From the NCBI GenBank assembly GCA_002269645.1, contig NIVC01000606.1:449231-513230 (forward strand): a stretch of 64,000 nt of DNA. Direction: 5' to 3'. Numbering within the stretch: position 1 is the first letter of the stretch; every line of letters begins with the position of its first letter. Origin of the DNA: Macrostomum lignano (taxonomy: Eukaryota). The position numbers were made by a program, and so were the translations under genes. The notes below the pieces were generated by a model, which searched no databases, was not told the origin of the DNA, and saw nothing but the letters and a program-made list of their open reading frames with translations. Positions 12,735 to 25,758 of this stretch are shown in pieces.

Positions 12735-12990
12735 TCCCAGAAAACCTCTCTCATTGGCTGGAGTAGCCTTGAAAATTCTTAACAGTATATCTGCCCCCAG
12801 CTCCTCTCTCATTGGCTGGAGTAGCCTTGAATATTCTTAACAGTATATCTGCCCCCAGCTCCTCTCTCATTGGCTGGAGTAGCCTTGAATATTCTTAACA
12901 GTATATCTGCCCCCAGCTCCTCTCTCATGGGATGGAGTAGCCTTGGCTCTCCCTAACAGTATACCTCTCTGCCCCAGCTCCTCTCTCATT
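12735..12990. repeat. 58-bp tandem repeat (CTCCTCTCTCATTGGCTGGAGTAGCCTTGAATATTCTTAACAGTATATCTGCCCCCAG)
   Basis: About 4.5 units, period 58 (12801 to 12859). Confidence 0.9.
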
Positions 12991-14094
12991 TGTTGAGGAA
13001 ACTCTGTTGGATTGACGGATGAGCTCGCCTGTAAAAATACCATAATTTCCTTACAGATTCCGCAACTAGTGTTCCGTCTCTGAAGCACTCAAATGGCTGG
13101 AATAGTCGGGAATAATTATTAGCCTCATTTCACCTACTACGAGTATTTACTTGTTCTGCGTTGAAAGTTTCAGGATATTTTTCTATTTTATTCCTCTGCA
13201 CTCCGTTATGATAGAGAAGTTCGACAAACCATAATCGAGTGATTAGTTTTATTATGTTTTACCAAACAATCGCAAAATCGCCGTTTTTTCTTGTAGTTTT
13301 TGTTTCGCGTTAATTTTTGTTTTTTTGCATGTAAAGTAGATTCAATTAGCAGAGATACAGAACAAACAATAAGAAATGTTCCTTCCGATTGAAATAGAAA
13401 ATATGCACAAGTCTTCCTACAAGCCAAGAAAATCAGTTGGTTATTCGCAAATTTTGGTCTACCTTTTAATCTTTCTTCATTTTTGGGCACTCGCTAGCGT
13501 ACTAGTCTACTTTGAAGACGCAAATCAGTAGTACTGGAAGTACTCAAAAGGATTGGTAGAGCCTATACTCACTGCATGATTGTGGCCAAACCAGCTCCAG
13601 ACTCCGAACAAAGCTCGGGAATCATCGAATTGAGCACTGCAACCATAGCGTGACTCCAGCTGGGCACTTGCCAATCTCGGCCCTCTTGCCGCACCTGGAG
13701 GCCCCTAAAACAGACCGTGTTATTGATTGCCTATGAATAAACATCAGTTGCTTTTTTCTATTCGTTTTCTCTGCAGTCATTGCCGGCTTGCATGATGCTG
13801 GATATAATTCTTGGAAATTTCTGCCCCAAAGGAAATCAAAGGATTTCGTATCGGTTGCGACCAAAAAACTCGCGTTTGGTGTGTCGGGCTCTTGAATGAG
13901 ACTATACCGTTTTTTAACTAGAGAGCCTTTGGAAATGCCATGACTTGAATTGAGGTTTGATGAATTTTAGAGTGATGGGACTAAGACTGACGGTGTTTCA
14001 TGGAAAACTGCCTGCCGGCATTTGCCAGCCGACCTTTGCAAGACAGGAGGACCAGCACCAGGGGGTTTGACAAATGTCCAAGCAACATCAGGGA

Positions 14095-15068
14095 ACGGCG
14101 ACAGTAGATAGTAGGGTGACAGTAGGGTGACAGTAGGGTGACAGTAAAGTGACAGTAGAGTGACAGTAGAGTGACAGTAGGGTGACCAGTAGGGTGATAG
14201 TAGGGTGACAGTATGACAGTAGCGGGTGATAGTAGGTGACAGTAGATAGTAGGGGTGACAGTAGGGTGACAGTAGGTAGGGTGACAGTAGGGTGATAGTA
14301 GGTAGGGTGACAGTAGGGTGACAGTAGGGTGACAGTAGGGTGACAGTAGGGTGACAGTAGGGTGACAGTAGGGTGACAGTAGGGTGACAGTAGGGTGACA
14401 GTAGGGTGACAGTAGGGTGACAGTAGGGTGACAGTAGGGTGACAGTAGGGTGACAGTAGGTAGGGTGACAGTAGAGTGACAGTAGAGTGACAGTAGGGTG
14501 ACAGTAGGGTGACAGTAGGGTGACAGTAGGGTGACAGTAGGGTGACAGTAGGGTGACAGTAGGGTGACAGTAGGGTGACAGTAGGGTGACAGTAGGGTGA
14601 TAGTAGGGTGACAGTAGGGTGACAGTAGGGTGATAGTAGGGTGACAGTATGACAGTAGCGGGTGATAGTAGGTGACAGTAGATAGTAGGGGTGACAGTAG
14701 GGTGACAGTAGGTAGGGTGACAGTAGGGTGACAGTAGGTAGGGTGACAGTAGGGTGACAGTAGGGTGACAGTAGGGTGACAGTAGGTAGGGTGACAGTAG
14801 GGTGACAGTAGGTAGGGTGACAGTAGGGTGACAGTAGGTAGGGTGACAGTAGGGTGACAGTAGGGTGACAGTAGGTAGGGTGACAGTAGGGTGACAGTAG
14901 GTAGGGTGACAGTAGGGTGACAGTAGGGTGACAGTAGGGTGACAGTAGGGTGACAGTAGGAGGACAGTAGGGTGACAGTAGGGTGACAGTAGGGGGACTG
15001 TAGGGTGAGAGTAGGGTGACAGTAGGGTGACAGTAGGGGGACTGTAGGGTGACAGTAGGGTGACAGTA
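14095..15068. repeat. 11-bp minisatellite (GTGACAGTAGG)
   Basis: About 85 units. A variant block at ~14210-14290 recurs at ~14648-14725. Confidence 0.95.
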
Positions 15069-15201
15069 TCTCCACAGATACTGCGAGTAGCCCAGCCAAT
15101 CAGCGGAGCGGCTTGAGAGCGATCAGGTCCATAAGGCTCACCTACAGAGGAAATGAAAAGCTCCGATCGTGAAGCGTTCGATCAAAGCAGAGCGAAGACC
15201 A

Positions 15202-16128
15202 ATGCAAGCGGCTGTCTTGGCTTCGCTGTTGATGCTGCCGCTGCTGCCGCTGCAGGCGGTACCGTCTGGCGGCGAGAAAGCTGCGGCAGCGGCTCGCCTT
15301 GTCGGCAGCGGCAACCGGTCCGAGCTGGCGGATCCAGCTGCCACCGACGCCGCCGCCGCTGCCGCCGCCGTCCTGGCGAACGAGACTCTGACACCAGGCC
15401 GCTACAGGGTCAGAGGAGGTCAGTCGGCCGTCGCTGCAGCCGCTGCCGCCGCAGCCGCCGCTGCCATCGCTGTGGTGGGCGCCGTGGCCTGCGCAGCCAC
15501 CCTGGCGGCCCTGCGCTGGCGGATGCGCCGCCTGCTTCTGCGGCGAATTTGGCGTCAGCAGAATCGGCGGCGCGTTCATCCTCGGCGGGAACGTCAGCTG
15601 GCTGACGACGACTGGCGACCGCAGGACGATGATGACGACGACGAGAGCAGCGACGTGGCCGAGGAGGCAGCGGGGAGCGGAGCCGAATCTGAGCCGCTGC
15701 TGTTGCCGCCGCCGCGGCCGCCGCCACTGCTCAGCCTCCACTCGGCGGCATCGGGCGGCTCCGACTCCGACAGCCCAGGCAGCGAGGAGGCGCCGCTCCC
15801 ATCGACCTCTCGCCACCAGCGGCAGAAGCGCCGGCAGCGTCGGCAACTTCGCTGGCTAATTCGACGACAAACTGACGGCGCCATCGTCTGCGGCGGCTGC
15901 GGTGCGGCTGCGGAGCCGAGCGACTCCGAGGATGAAGAGGCGGGCGAGCCGCGGCAGCAGCAGCTGCTGCTGGGCGAGTCGGCGAGCTGGTGGGTGCCGA
16001 AGAAGCGACGGTGCACCTGCGGCCAGCTGCGCACGGTGTCGCTTGCAGCCGCGGCCGCTCCAGCGCAGGGACATCCAGCGGCAGCCACGGGCCCGGATAA
16101 ATTCGCTGATATAATTTCATTTTTCTGA
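15202..16128 (+). CDS. Intronless predicted type I single-pass membrane protein, low complexity, function unknown (308 aa)
   Basis: ATG 15202 starts a signal-like MQAAVLASLLMLPLLPLQA. NET sequon, then hydrophobic AAAIAVVGAVACAATLAAL followed by RWRMRR. Acidic/Ser-rich tail. CCAAT at ~15093 and AATAAA at 16191. Confidence 0.6.
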   Translation: MQAAVLASLLMLPLLPLQAVPSGGEKAAAAARLVGSGNRSELADPAATDAAAAAAAVLANETLTPGRYRVRGGQSAVAAAAAAAAAAAIAVVGAVACAATLAALRWRMRRLLLRRIWRQQNRRRVHPRRERQLADDDWRPQDDDDDDESSDVAEEAAGSGAESEPLLLPPPRPPPLLSLHSAASGGSDSDSPGSEEAPLPSTSRHQRQKRRQRRQLRWLIRRQTDGAIVCGGCGAAAEPSDSEDEEAGEPRQQQLLLGESASWWVPKKRRCTCGQLRTVSLAAAAAPAQGHPAAATGPDKFADIISFF

Positions 16129-16253
16129 TCGCCTGAGCAAATTTTCACTCAGCTCATAGTTTCTTGGCTTTGCAGGTAGTCTTATATTTGAATAAATAAA
16201 TTTCTGGCTTGAATTTCAGCGGAGTACTAACTTTACGTCAATTCGAAGCGCAA

Positions 16254-16555
16254 TTGTGTCGTAGCCTAGTGGTTAGGATACAACATCATTGCGCTACTCA
16301 CGACTGGAAGGTCGGAGGTTCGATTCTCGACCCAATCGGAATAATTTTTGTCCTTGAGCAAGACACTTTAAACTCTGAATTGCTTCAGTTCACCCAGCTG
16401 TAAAATGGGTGCCAGCATTAGCTGGGGTAACTGAGGGGGTGTGTGGCGACCCCCAGTCCTTGGACTGAACAGCCGTACGCAGCCTTCAGATGCAAAGCGC
16501 AATTGCTGCGGCTGAGCTGTCAGTTGCACAACTGCCCATCAGAGCAGGTGTAATC
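16254..16555 (+). mobile_element. tRNA-derived SINE with CORE-like central domain (family A)
   Basis: A-box-like GTAGCCTAGTGGTTAGG (16261) and B-box GGTTCGATTCTC (16317). These are followed by GTCCTTGAGCAAGACACTTT...CTTCAGTTCACCCAGCTGTAAAATGGG, which resembles the CORE-SINE consensus as I recall it. Second copy at 27725. Confidence 0.8.
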
Positions 16556-16593
16556 AATTATGATTAATTACAATATTATGTAGTGTAATGAAA

Positions 16594-16865
16594 GTGCCCA
16601 GGCTCGATTCCAAGTGCAGTCGCATTAATTTGGGGCTGAATTGGAATCTCGGCTTGGCTCTGCTCGTGCAATTAACGCCCCTGAGGGCCAACCCCCAAGG
16701 CGCAGTAAAGTGTACATGCCTAACAATAAATAAAGTTAGGGCCGCTGTACACTCCTGTGTGAGTGTGTGCCTGTGCGTATGATTGCGTACGTATCCGCGC
16801 GCGTATCTCAGGGGAGTCGATTGGAATGGGCAGTAATGCCTCTCGCTAGTTGCATAACAAAGTCC
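16594..16865 (+). mobile_element. 5'-truncated copy of tRNA-derived SINE family B
   Basis: Aligns by eye with 61585-61860 from CCCAGGCTCGATTCCAAGTGCAG through GGGCAGTAATGCCTCTCG. Confidence 0.8.
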
Positions 16866-17756
16866 TCTGCTTCTAAAAGAGCATGCAGTCACCTCTGTTG
16901 CCCTCATTTTACGCCAGACAAGCTCACAAGCTGAGTTGTTAATCAAATTTCACCGAATCGCAGCTACATGCCGACAGCGAGGCTCACTCGAGTCGAGCAG
17001 CTAGGGGTAATCCCGGAGATTAAGGGCGGCAATACAGCGAGCGACAGGTGACGGATGAGCTCGGAATGCTGGGAGAATGGGGATGTCTATCAGATTTCCA
17101 ACCCTAACCCTACTGGCCCTTACAGTCGGGGGCATTTCGAGAAAAAGATTTTCAGACCGACCCACAGGTACCCTAAGGCACGAAATGCGCAGATGAGGAA
17201 ACCCGATATGGACTGTTGAAATAAGTGTGCGGTGAGAAGGAGGCAAGACAGAGAAAACGAAGGTCGATCAGCGAACCGCAGGGCTCTCTCGGGTCTCTGA
17301 GGGTTGCAGTTTCAAGCCCGTTCCCGTCCAGGCCCCCTGCTGCGGCGAGCTGCTTAATTTGGAACCGATTTTCGCCGGGTCCGAATATCGTCCGGGATCG
17401 ATGCCGAGGGTCGCCGTCACGGGCACGGGGGTGGGGTGGTGGTGAGGGGGGAGCAGAAAGTGAAAGAGAAAAGAGGAGTCGGGAAAAGCATTTCTGGAGG
17501 GAGGTTCAGTTCCAGTTTTTCCCATTTCCTTGTTTTCACTTGGGCGCTATCGGAGGGAGGCGATAGGGAAGGGGAGGGAGAACTGGGAGACTGCATGGGA
17601 GTCGTCAGGAGTTTGTTTGGCCTGTGGGGACTCGGGTGAGATGAGGCGCTGAGGCTGCGCAGGCAATGGAAGAAAAGCGACTCACCAAGTCCAGTGAGGC
17701 ATGCACTTAGACCTTCTCGGGTTTCTCATTTCCCATTACCGAGCCCTCTGCACCCT

Positions 17757-19362
<1,606 letters not shown>

Positions 19363-20324
19363 CTTCTATTCCTAATAATTTTGATTTAGCTCGGTTTTTA
19401 CTTATTTTTTGCCAAATTGGAAACAGAAATTCAGAGCGGTTCGTTCTAGGCAGGAAGTCACGCGCCCCGCCCCGTCCTGCTGCGGCATTCAGGGCGACAT
19501 GATGAAGCTGCAGCATGCTCAGCCTCTTCAAAAAACAGAAACCCTCTCCGCCGCAGTCCCGCTTTCACTCGGAGGCTGCCTGGCCGGAGAGAATAGAGGC
19601 CAAGCACGCAGCCTCCCAGCAGCCGCATCTTCATCTCTGCCGCATGCAGCCAAGAAAAGCATTGGGACTGAGTGTGAAAATTCCTCATTTCACTCTCCCA
19701 TGGCTATTGCGGGTGCCTCTAAGCCTGTCTCGGCCTGGCGCTCCCGTCGCTTCCTCATTAGAGCGGTCAGGGGCCGTCGGGCAGGAGAAGTCACTTATAG
19801 GAGGAGAACCGGGCAGAGATGAAGACGGGAGGCTGGAGAATAAAAAAGCACGAAACGCAACTGGGATTTGATTTCAGCGGGGCGGTCAGCTGTAGTAGCC
19901 GGGCGCCACTTCTCCCATGCCAAGACGGAGGGTATCAGTTCTGACTTGGGTGAGAGGCAGGCTGGAACCCGTTGCAAAAGTGGAAATTGCGTTTCCTGTG
20001 TTGCTGAACTGGCCCTGCCTCCCTTCCAAGACGATGGGCGCGCTCTCTTCTAGAAGAAATAATAGGCAAAGTACCTACATGTATAGGTCTGCGGTCTGCT
20101 GCCGGGGAAAAAATCGCTACAATGCCTGGGGTTTTTCGTGCGATTTGTTAGCTCCATTGTGGCCAATATAGCTAATTTTGGCTTTGTTGAGACTACAGAA
20201 GTCGCTGTTAGTTAAGACTTCTTGACTTGCACTTCTAACCTCCCCGTTCAGATCAGTTCCATCTACCTTTCTCTCTTTGTAGCCCCGCGTCCGCCTTCAT
20301 GTCGCTATACACATCCTTTAGCCC

Positions 20325-20905
20325 TGCTTCCCTTCTCTGCCTCTGTCTGCCCCATCTCTACTTCTTCGCCTACGTCTGTCTGCCCCATCTCTACTTCTTC
20401 GCCTACCTCTGTCTGCCCCATCTCTACTTCTTCGCCTACGTCTGTCTGCCCCATCTCTACTTCTTCGCCTACCTCTGTCTGTCCCATCTCTACTTCTTTG
20501 CCTACCTCTGTCTGCCCCATCTCTACTTCTTCGCCTACGTCTGTCTGCCCCATCTCTACTTCTTCGCCTACGTCTGTCTGCCCCATCTCTACTTCTTCGC
20601 CTACCTCTGTCTGTCCCATCTCTACTTCTTTGCCTACCTCTGTCTGCCCCATCTCTACTTCTTCGCCTACGTCTGTCTGCCCCATCTCTACTTCTTCGCC
20701 TACCTCTGTCTGTCCCATCTCTACTTCTTTGCCTACCTCTGTCTGCCCCATCTCTACTTCTTTGCCTACCTCTGTCTGTCCCATCTCTACTTCTTTGCCT
20801 ACCTCTGTCTGTCCCATCTCTACTTCTTTGCCTACCTCTGTCTGTCCCATCTCTACTTCTTTGCCTACCTCCGTCTGTCCCATCTCTACTTCTTTGCCTG
20901 TCTGC
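20325..20905. repeat. 33-bp minisatellite (GCCTACCTCTGTCTGCCCCATCTCTACTTCTTC)
   Basis: About 17 units. Confidence 0.95.
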
Positions 20906-21696
20906 CCCATCTACACCTTCTCTGTCTACCTCTGTCTACCCAATCTCTACAATATCTATACCCTCTGTGTCTACCTCTATATTCAGATCTCCATTTGTTC
21001 CCATTTATCAAGCCTGAAGATCCCGATAATCTCTAACTGCGGACGGAGCAGACTGATCGATACCTCATTTTCAAGCCCATCTGCAATTTCTCTCCAGACT
21101 AGAATAGTTTTCCATAGGAGCGCCAAAAATAAGGGAGAAAAGGAAGCAAGTCAAAGGGAAATCAATTACTACGCGGAACAATTTTTTCGCTAAATTTTTT
21201 CATCAATTACCCACCCGGTCGGTGCCCGGGCCTGTCGATCAGGCCCAGAAGTCAGTGACTGATTTCCCCAAAATGCTTCCATTTCCTGCCTATAGTGAAG
21301 TCTAAAAGAAATTTCGCAGTCATTAGCAGAATAACGTGACCGCAGCCATTCGCCAGAAGCAGAAAGCTCTTACATTACAAGGCCAAAGAGACACGCCTGC
21401 ATGTTTGCAGAAAGTTTTCGCAATGTTATTATTGCAGAATTTACAGTACACTATTTTGCGTCACACTGGGCCGGATTGCGCGTGTTATTAATATATCTGC
21501 TAGATAGATAAAGAACTGGTTTGCTTTTCTCAACGCTGCGCAAGGCTCAGCTGCAAGGCAAGGCAAGGCTTGGTGAATTTAATATAAAATTTGTGAAAAC
21601 TGTGGCTGCACATTTATACGTTTCGATCTGCCTGACAGACAGCTAAAATAGTTATTTGATTTTTCATCTGTTAAACTTACAACTCTGCGCCGCAAC

Positions 21697-23436
21697 ATGT
21701 CCTGGGGAGTAAGTTGCATCGAACATGCTTGAGCCAGAGTGGCATTGCGCTTTTGTTTAGTTCTACTCACAGATACTAGAATAATTAGATGGGCCACTCA
21801 GGCATATATACTCGAACTTAATAAAACAGCTTTCTACTTTCAGTTCCGTAGCAATGAAGAATACATAAGCTATTTTATAAAAATACGTCGTAAAGGCAGC
21901 TGAAATGACTTTGATAAGTTTAGAAGCCCAAGCTTGCAGGCGTAAACAACTTGCTAATTGGTTCAGCAATAATGTACATTGGCCAGTCCACTGAAATGTA
22001 CATGGCCGCTTTAGGTTGGAATTCCGAGAAAGGCAATAAAAATTGGGGTAGTGTTAGTTGGAGGGTTTAAGCGGGGGGGGGGTAAGAGGCAATAAATAAG
22101 CCTTGGCTTTAAAAGACATTAAAATGCTTCAGTTTCACTTACTACTGAACTGAAAGTAGCTTGCACGCAGATGTGCTGAGTGGCCCATCTATCTGTGGTT
22201 CTATACATAAGCATATATGAGCATATGCGGCATGCTTGGCAAAACAGTTTTCTCGTACTTCAGTAGCAAGGAAGAATACATAACTAAGCTATTTTATAAA
22301 AAAAACTGTTGAAATGACTTGATAAGTTTACAGGCCAAGTTTGTTCAACGTTAACACTGCTGCTAGTAAGGTTCAGACATTATGCTTACATACATTACTC
22401 GTATTAATGTAGAATTATTAGCCAAAGCCACTTAAAATGTACATGACAGCTTTAGACTGAAACACCAAATAAAATTGGGTGGCGGAGAGGCAGGGTAAAG
22501 ATTTTTGTGTGGAAAGGCGCGACCGGCAGGTGCTGGGGGAGTGCAATAAACTTGACCCTAAATAATCGTGTTCTAAAATACATTAAAATGCTTCTATTTA
22601 ACTTTTACTACTGAACTGAAAGTAGGTAACACGCAAATATGCTGAGTAACTAACCTATCTATTTTAAGTCTGTGGCTTCTGTTCTATTTGTACAAGAGAG
22701 GAGGGAGTATGAAAGGCTGTTTCTTCTCTGCTGTCAAAATTTATTATCAAGAAACTTTACGATACTACTGACAGTTGAAAAGTAGAGTAGTCAAAATTTG
22801 GTCTACTTCATCGTTAATGCGTTAGTTGAAGCGAATCTAAGTTTACCAATCAGCGTAGGTTGACTATATGCAAGTCTTGAAAAAAGGGAAAAAACTTATA
22901 CTACTACTAAGTACTTATGCGAGTAGAATATAAAAAATATATTATATAAACATTGCCAACAGGATCATCACCACCATCACCACCACGGCCACCATCACGG
23001 ACATCCGCATCTGCCACCACCGCCGCCTCCGCTGGGACACCAGCACCACCATCACGGACCCTTCCCTTTTCCGGAGCCGCACCAGCACCACCATGATCAT
23101 CACGGACCCTTCCCTTTTCCGGAGCCGCACCAGCACCACCATGATCAACATGGACCCTTCCCTTTTCCGGAGCCGCACCAGCACCACCATGATCAACATG
23201 GACCCTTCCCTTTTCCGGAGCCGCACCAGCACCAACATCATCACCGCCCGCCACCGCTGCCAAACTGTGGGCCGCTGCCGCCGCCGCTGCCGCCGCCGCC
23301 GGGACCCTACAGGCCGGGCCAAGGTCAAGGAGGCTACCCGATCGGTGCCTGTCCGCCGCCACCGCCGCCACCGCCGCCTCCCCCAGGCTGTCAGCAGCCT
23401 CCGTACCCGTCAGCGCCTAACGCTAGACCGTGGTGA
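21697..23436 (+). CDS. His/Pro-rich 161-aa protein; exons 21697-21708 (MSWG) and 22963-23436
   Basis: GCAAC ATG TCC TGG GGA|GTAAGT (consensus donor, phase 0) and CCAACAG|GAT CAT CAC (acceptor, phase 0). The product is [35 protein letters not shown], 4x GPFPFPEPHQH(H/Q)H.., then a Pro/Gly/Cys tail to TGA 23434-23436. The frame is open with mixed synonymous codons and is missing from the ORF track because exon 2 has no in-frame start. Confidence 0.65.
21768..22674. mobile_element. Two tandem copies of a ~430-bp MITE-like repeat with imperfect terminal inverted repeats
   Basis: Copy 1 (21768-22197) has CACAGAT..AGATGGGCCACTCAG at left and CTGAGTGGCCCATCT..ATCTGTG at right. Copy 2 (~22225-22674) is similar. 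A third copy lies at 59634-60057. Confidence 0.7.
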
Positions 23437-23789
23437 ACTGAGTATCTGGGCGAAGCAACATTTTTATCCCGACACACGAATGCCAATAGTCTATGGCAGT
23501 TATTTAATTAATTCAGCCTGGGAGAATGTCTATGGCCAATCGGGCTGCACCATGACTGCATAGTCTATGGCCAAAACATGGGTTAACTCCTTGAGATTTC
23601 CCCTTCCCTGAAAATAATTCTATTGGTCATTAATCATTAATCTCAACTTAAATTATTATAACATACAGAAATTTCCTCATAATGATCTTTGGTTGTCATA
23701 AAAACAATAAATTATGAAAATTAATTAAAATACTTTGTTAATATGCTTTAACTTTTTTTTAGCTTCAGATATTTACCCATTCAATCCTT

Positions 23790-23990
23790 ATATTCTTGAA
23801 TCTCACCCATCTAATCCTTATATCCTTTAATCTCACTCATTCAATCTCAATCTCCTACAATCTCACCAATCCAATCTCACTCTTCCATCTCACCCATCGA
23901 ATCTCACTCTCCTACAATCTCACCAATCCAATCTCACTCTTCCATCTCACCCATCGAATCTCACTCTCCTACAGTCTTACCCATTCAATT
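23790..23990. repeat. Degenerate AATCTCAC-rich repeat with internal duplication
   Basis: CTCCTACAATCTCACCAATCCAATCTCACTCTTCCATCTCACCCATCGAATCTCACT occurs twice. Confidence 0.7.
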
Positions 23991-24369
23991 ATACTTTCTT
24001 GCGGCACAGCTCATTGGCCGCTGACCGGTAGCTGGGAAGGGATTCGGCCCAAAATCTTTCTCCAACTCACCGAATATCTCGAAACTGAACCCGGCATGCC
24101 AAGTCTGTCATTTCTAATCACCAGAGGATTTGGGCGAACGACTCTTCCAGTGCTCGCGTGTTTCTCCTCTCAGGAGTTTGTTGGCTGGCGGCGATAAGCT
24201 CGCCAGGTCATGCAAGGCGGAGCACGAGGCCTGTGCCCCCTGCCACCCTCAGTGTCGTCCCTCCTGCCCTCAGCTCTGAAGATTCTTCCCGCAAGCAGCT
24301 GGGCACGAGTTGTCGTGCCTTTATAAAGCGAATATTGGATTCCTCGATGCCTTTCAGCTTTGCATTCTT

Positions 24370-25045
24370 AGCTAGAGGGGCAGGGGTGCTAGAGGGGCAG
24401 GGGTGCTAGATGGGCAGGGGTGCTAGAGGGGGCAGGGGTGCTAGAGGGGCAGGGGTGCTAGAGGGCAGGGGTGCTAGAGGGGCAGGGGTGCTAGATGGGC
24501 AGGGGTGCTAGAGGGGGCAGGGGTGCTAGAGGGGCAGGGGTGCTAGAGGGGCAGGGGTGCTAGATGGGCAGGGGTGCTAGAGGGGCAGGGGTGCTAGAGG
24601 GGCAGGGGTGCTAGAGGGCAGGGGTGCTAGAGGGGCAGGGGTGCTAGATGGGCAGGGGTGCTAGAGGGGGCAGGGGTGCTAGAGGGGGCAGGGGTGCTAG
24701 AGGGGCAGGGGTGCTAGATGGGCAGGGGTGCTAGAGGGGCAGGGGTGCTAGAGGGGCAGGGGTGCTAGAGGGGCAGGGGTGCTAGATGGGCAGGGGTGCT
24801 AGAGGGGGCAGGGGTGCTAGAGGGGCAGGGGTGCTAGAGGGGCAGGGGTGCTAGATGGGCAGGGGTGCTAGAGGGGGCAGGGGTGCTAGAGGGGGCAGGG
24901 GTGCTAGAGGGCAGGGGTGCTAGAGGGGCAGGGGTGCTAGATGGGCAGGGGTGCTAGAGGGGCAGGGGTGCTAGAGGGGCAGGGGTGCTAGAGGGGCAGG
25001 GGTGCTAGAGGGGGCAGGGGTGCTAGAGGGGCAGGGTGCTAGATG
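24370..25045. repeat. 17-bp G-rich minisatellite (GAGGGGCAGGGGTGCTA)
   Basis: About 40 units with G-run length variants. Confidence 0.95.
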
Positions 25046-25451
25046 GAGGGACATCATTGCCACCTCCAGCTGAGCAAATGACATTGCCCAAACTGCATTC
25101 AAAGAGCAACAGAGCGTGTCCAACTGAAGAGTGAAAACGTACTAAAGCTGCCCGACCTCCGCCCCGCTCCGCCTGAGGTCTGAGCAATCTTGGCTGTCCC
25201 CCCCCCAGCCAGCCCAGAGCAGATTACAGATCTGTCAGCACCAATCAGGGCATCGAGGGAAAAACTCACGGACCACTGCCCAGTTGCACTTGATTAGGCG
25301 GGACACTGCAGAGCCCCCCTCCCCGGATTCTGGGGACACCCATCTGCAGACTTTAGACTGCAATGCGCGGGCACTTTCCCTCCCAGCCTGCCTGCCGCCT
25401 CCCTTCTCTCTGAGCCATCGACGCGACAAAAATTGAATCGCGGCGCGCGCG

Positions 25452-25520
25452 CCCCAGCCCCAGACCCCCGCCCCAGCCCCAGCCCCAGCCCCAGCCCCAG
25501 CCCCAGCCCCAGACCCCCGC
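25452..25520. repeat. (CCCCAG)n hexamer run
   Basis: Visible upstream of the lectin-like gene. Confidence 0.8.
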
Positions 25521-25758
25521 CGCCGTCGCCGCCTTCCAAAGCCATGGCCTACTTTTTCTCCCCAAGCCTCCGCCTCTTATTTCTCCTCAGAAGCCGGTTA
25601 TCCCTGAGAGCAAATCCACTTACGCAGCCCCTTCCCCAGCTCCCAGCAATTGGTCAGCAGGCAGCGCCAGCAGCGGATATATTTACCCCCCCCCCTCCAG
25701 TCAGCCTCCAGATCGAAGTCGAGAAGCCTTCATCGAGTTCGAATGAGAAAAGGACAAC

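Noticed and set aside
13981-15099. 372-aa minus-strand ORF
   Set aside because: Translation of the 11-bp array.
16254-16330. tRNA genes at 16254 and 61543
   Set aside because: A/B boxes are present, but I could not fold a full cloverleaf and both continue into bodies repeated elsewhere, so they are SINE heads.
20222-21193. ORFs of 323, 245 and 201 aa
   Set aside because: Translations of the 33-bp array.
22907-23563. ORF-track proteins on the minus strand and the MIITDPSLF frame
   Set aside because: Shadow frames of the His/Pro exon, which has matching splice sites.
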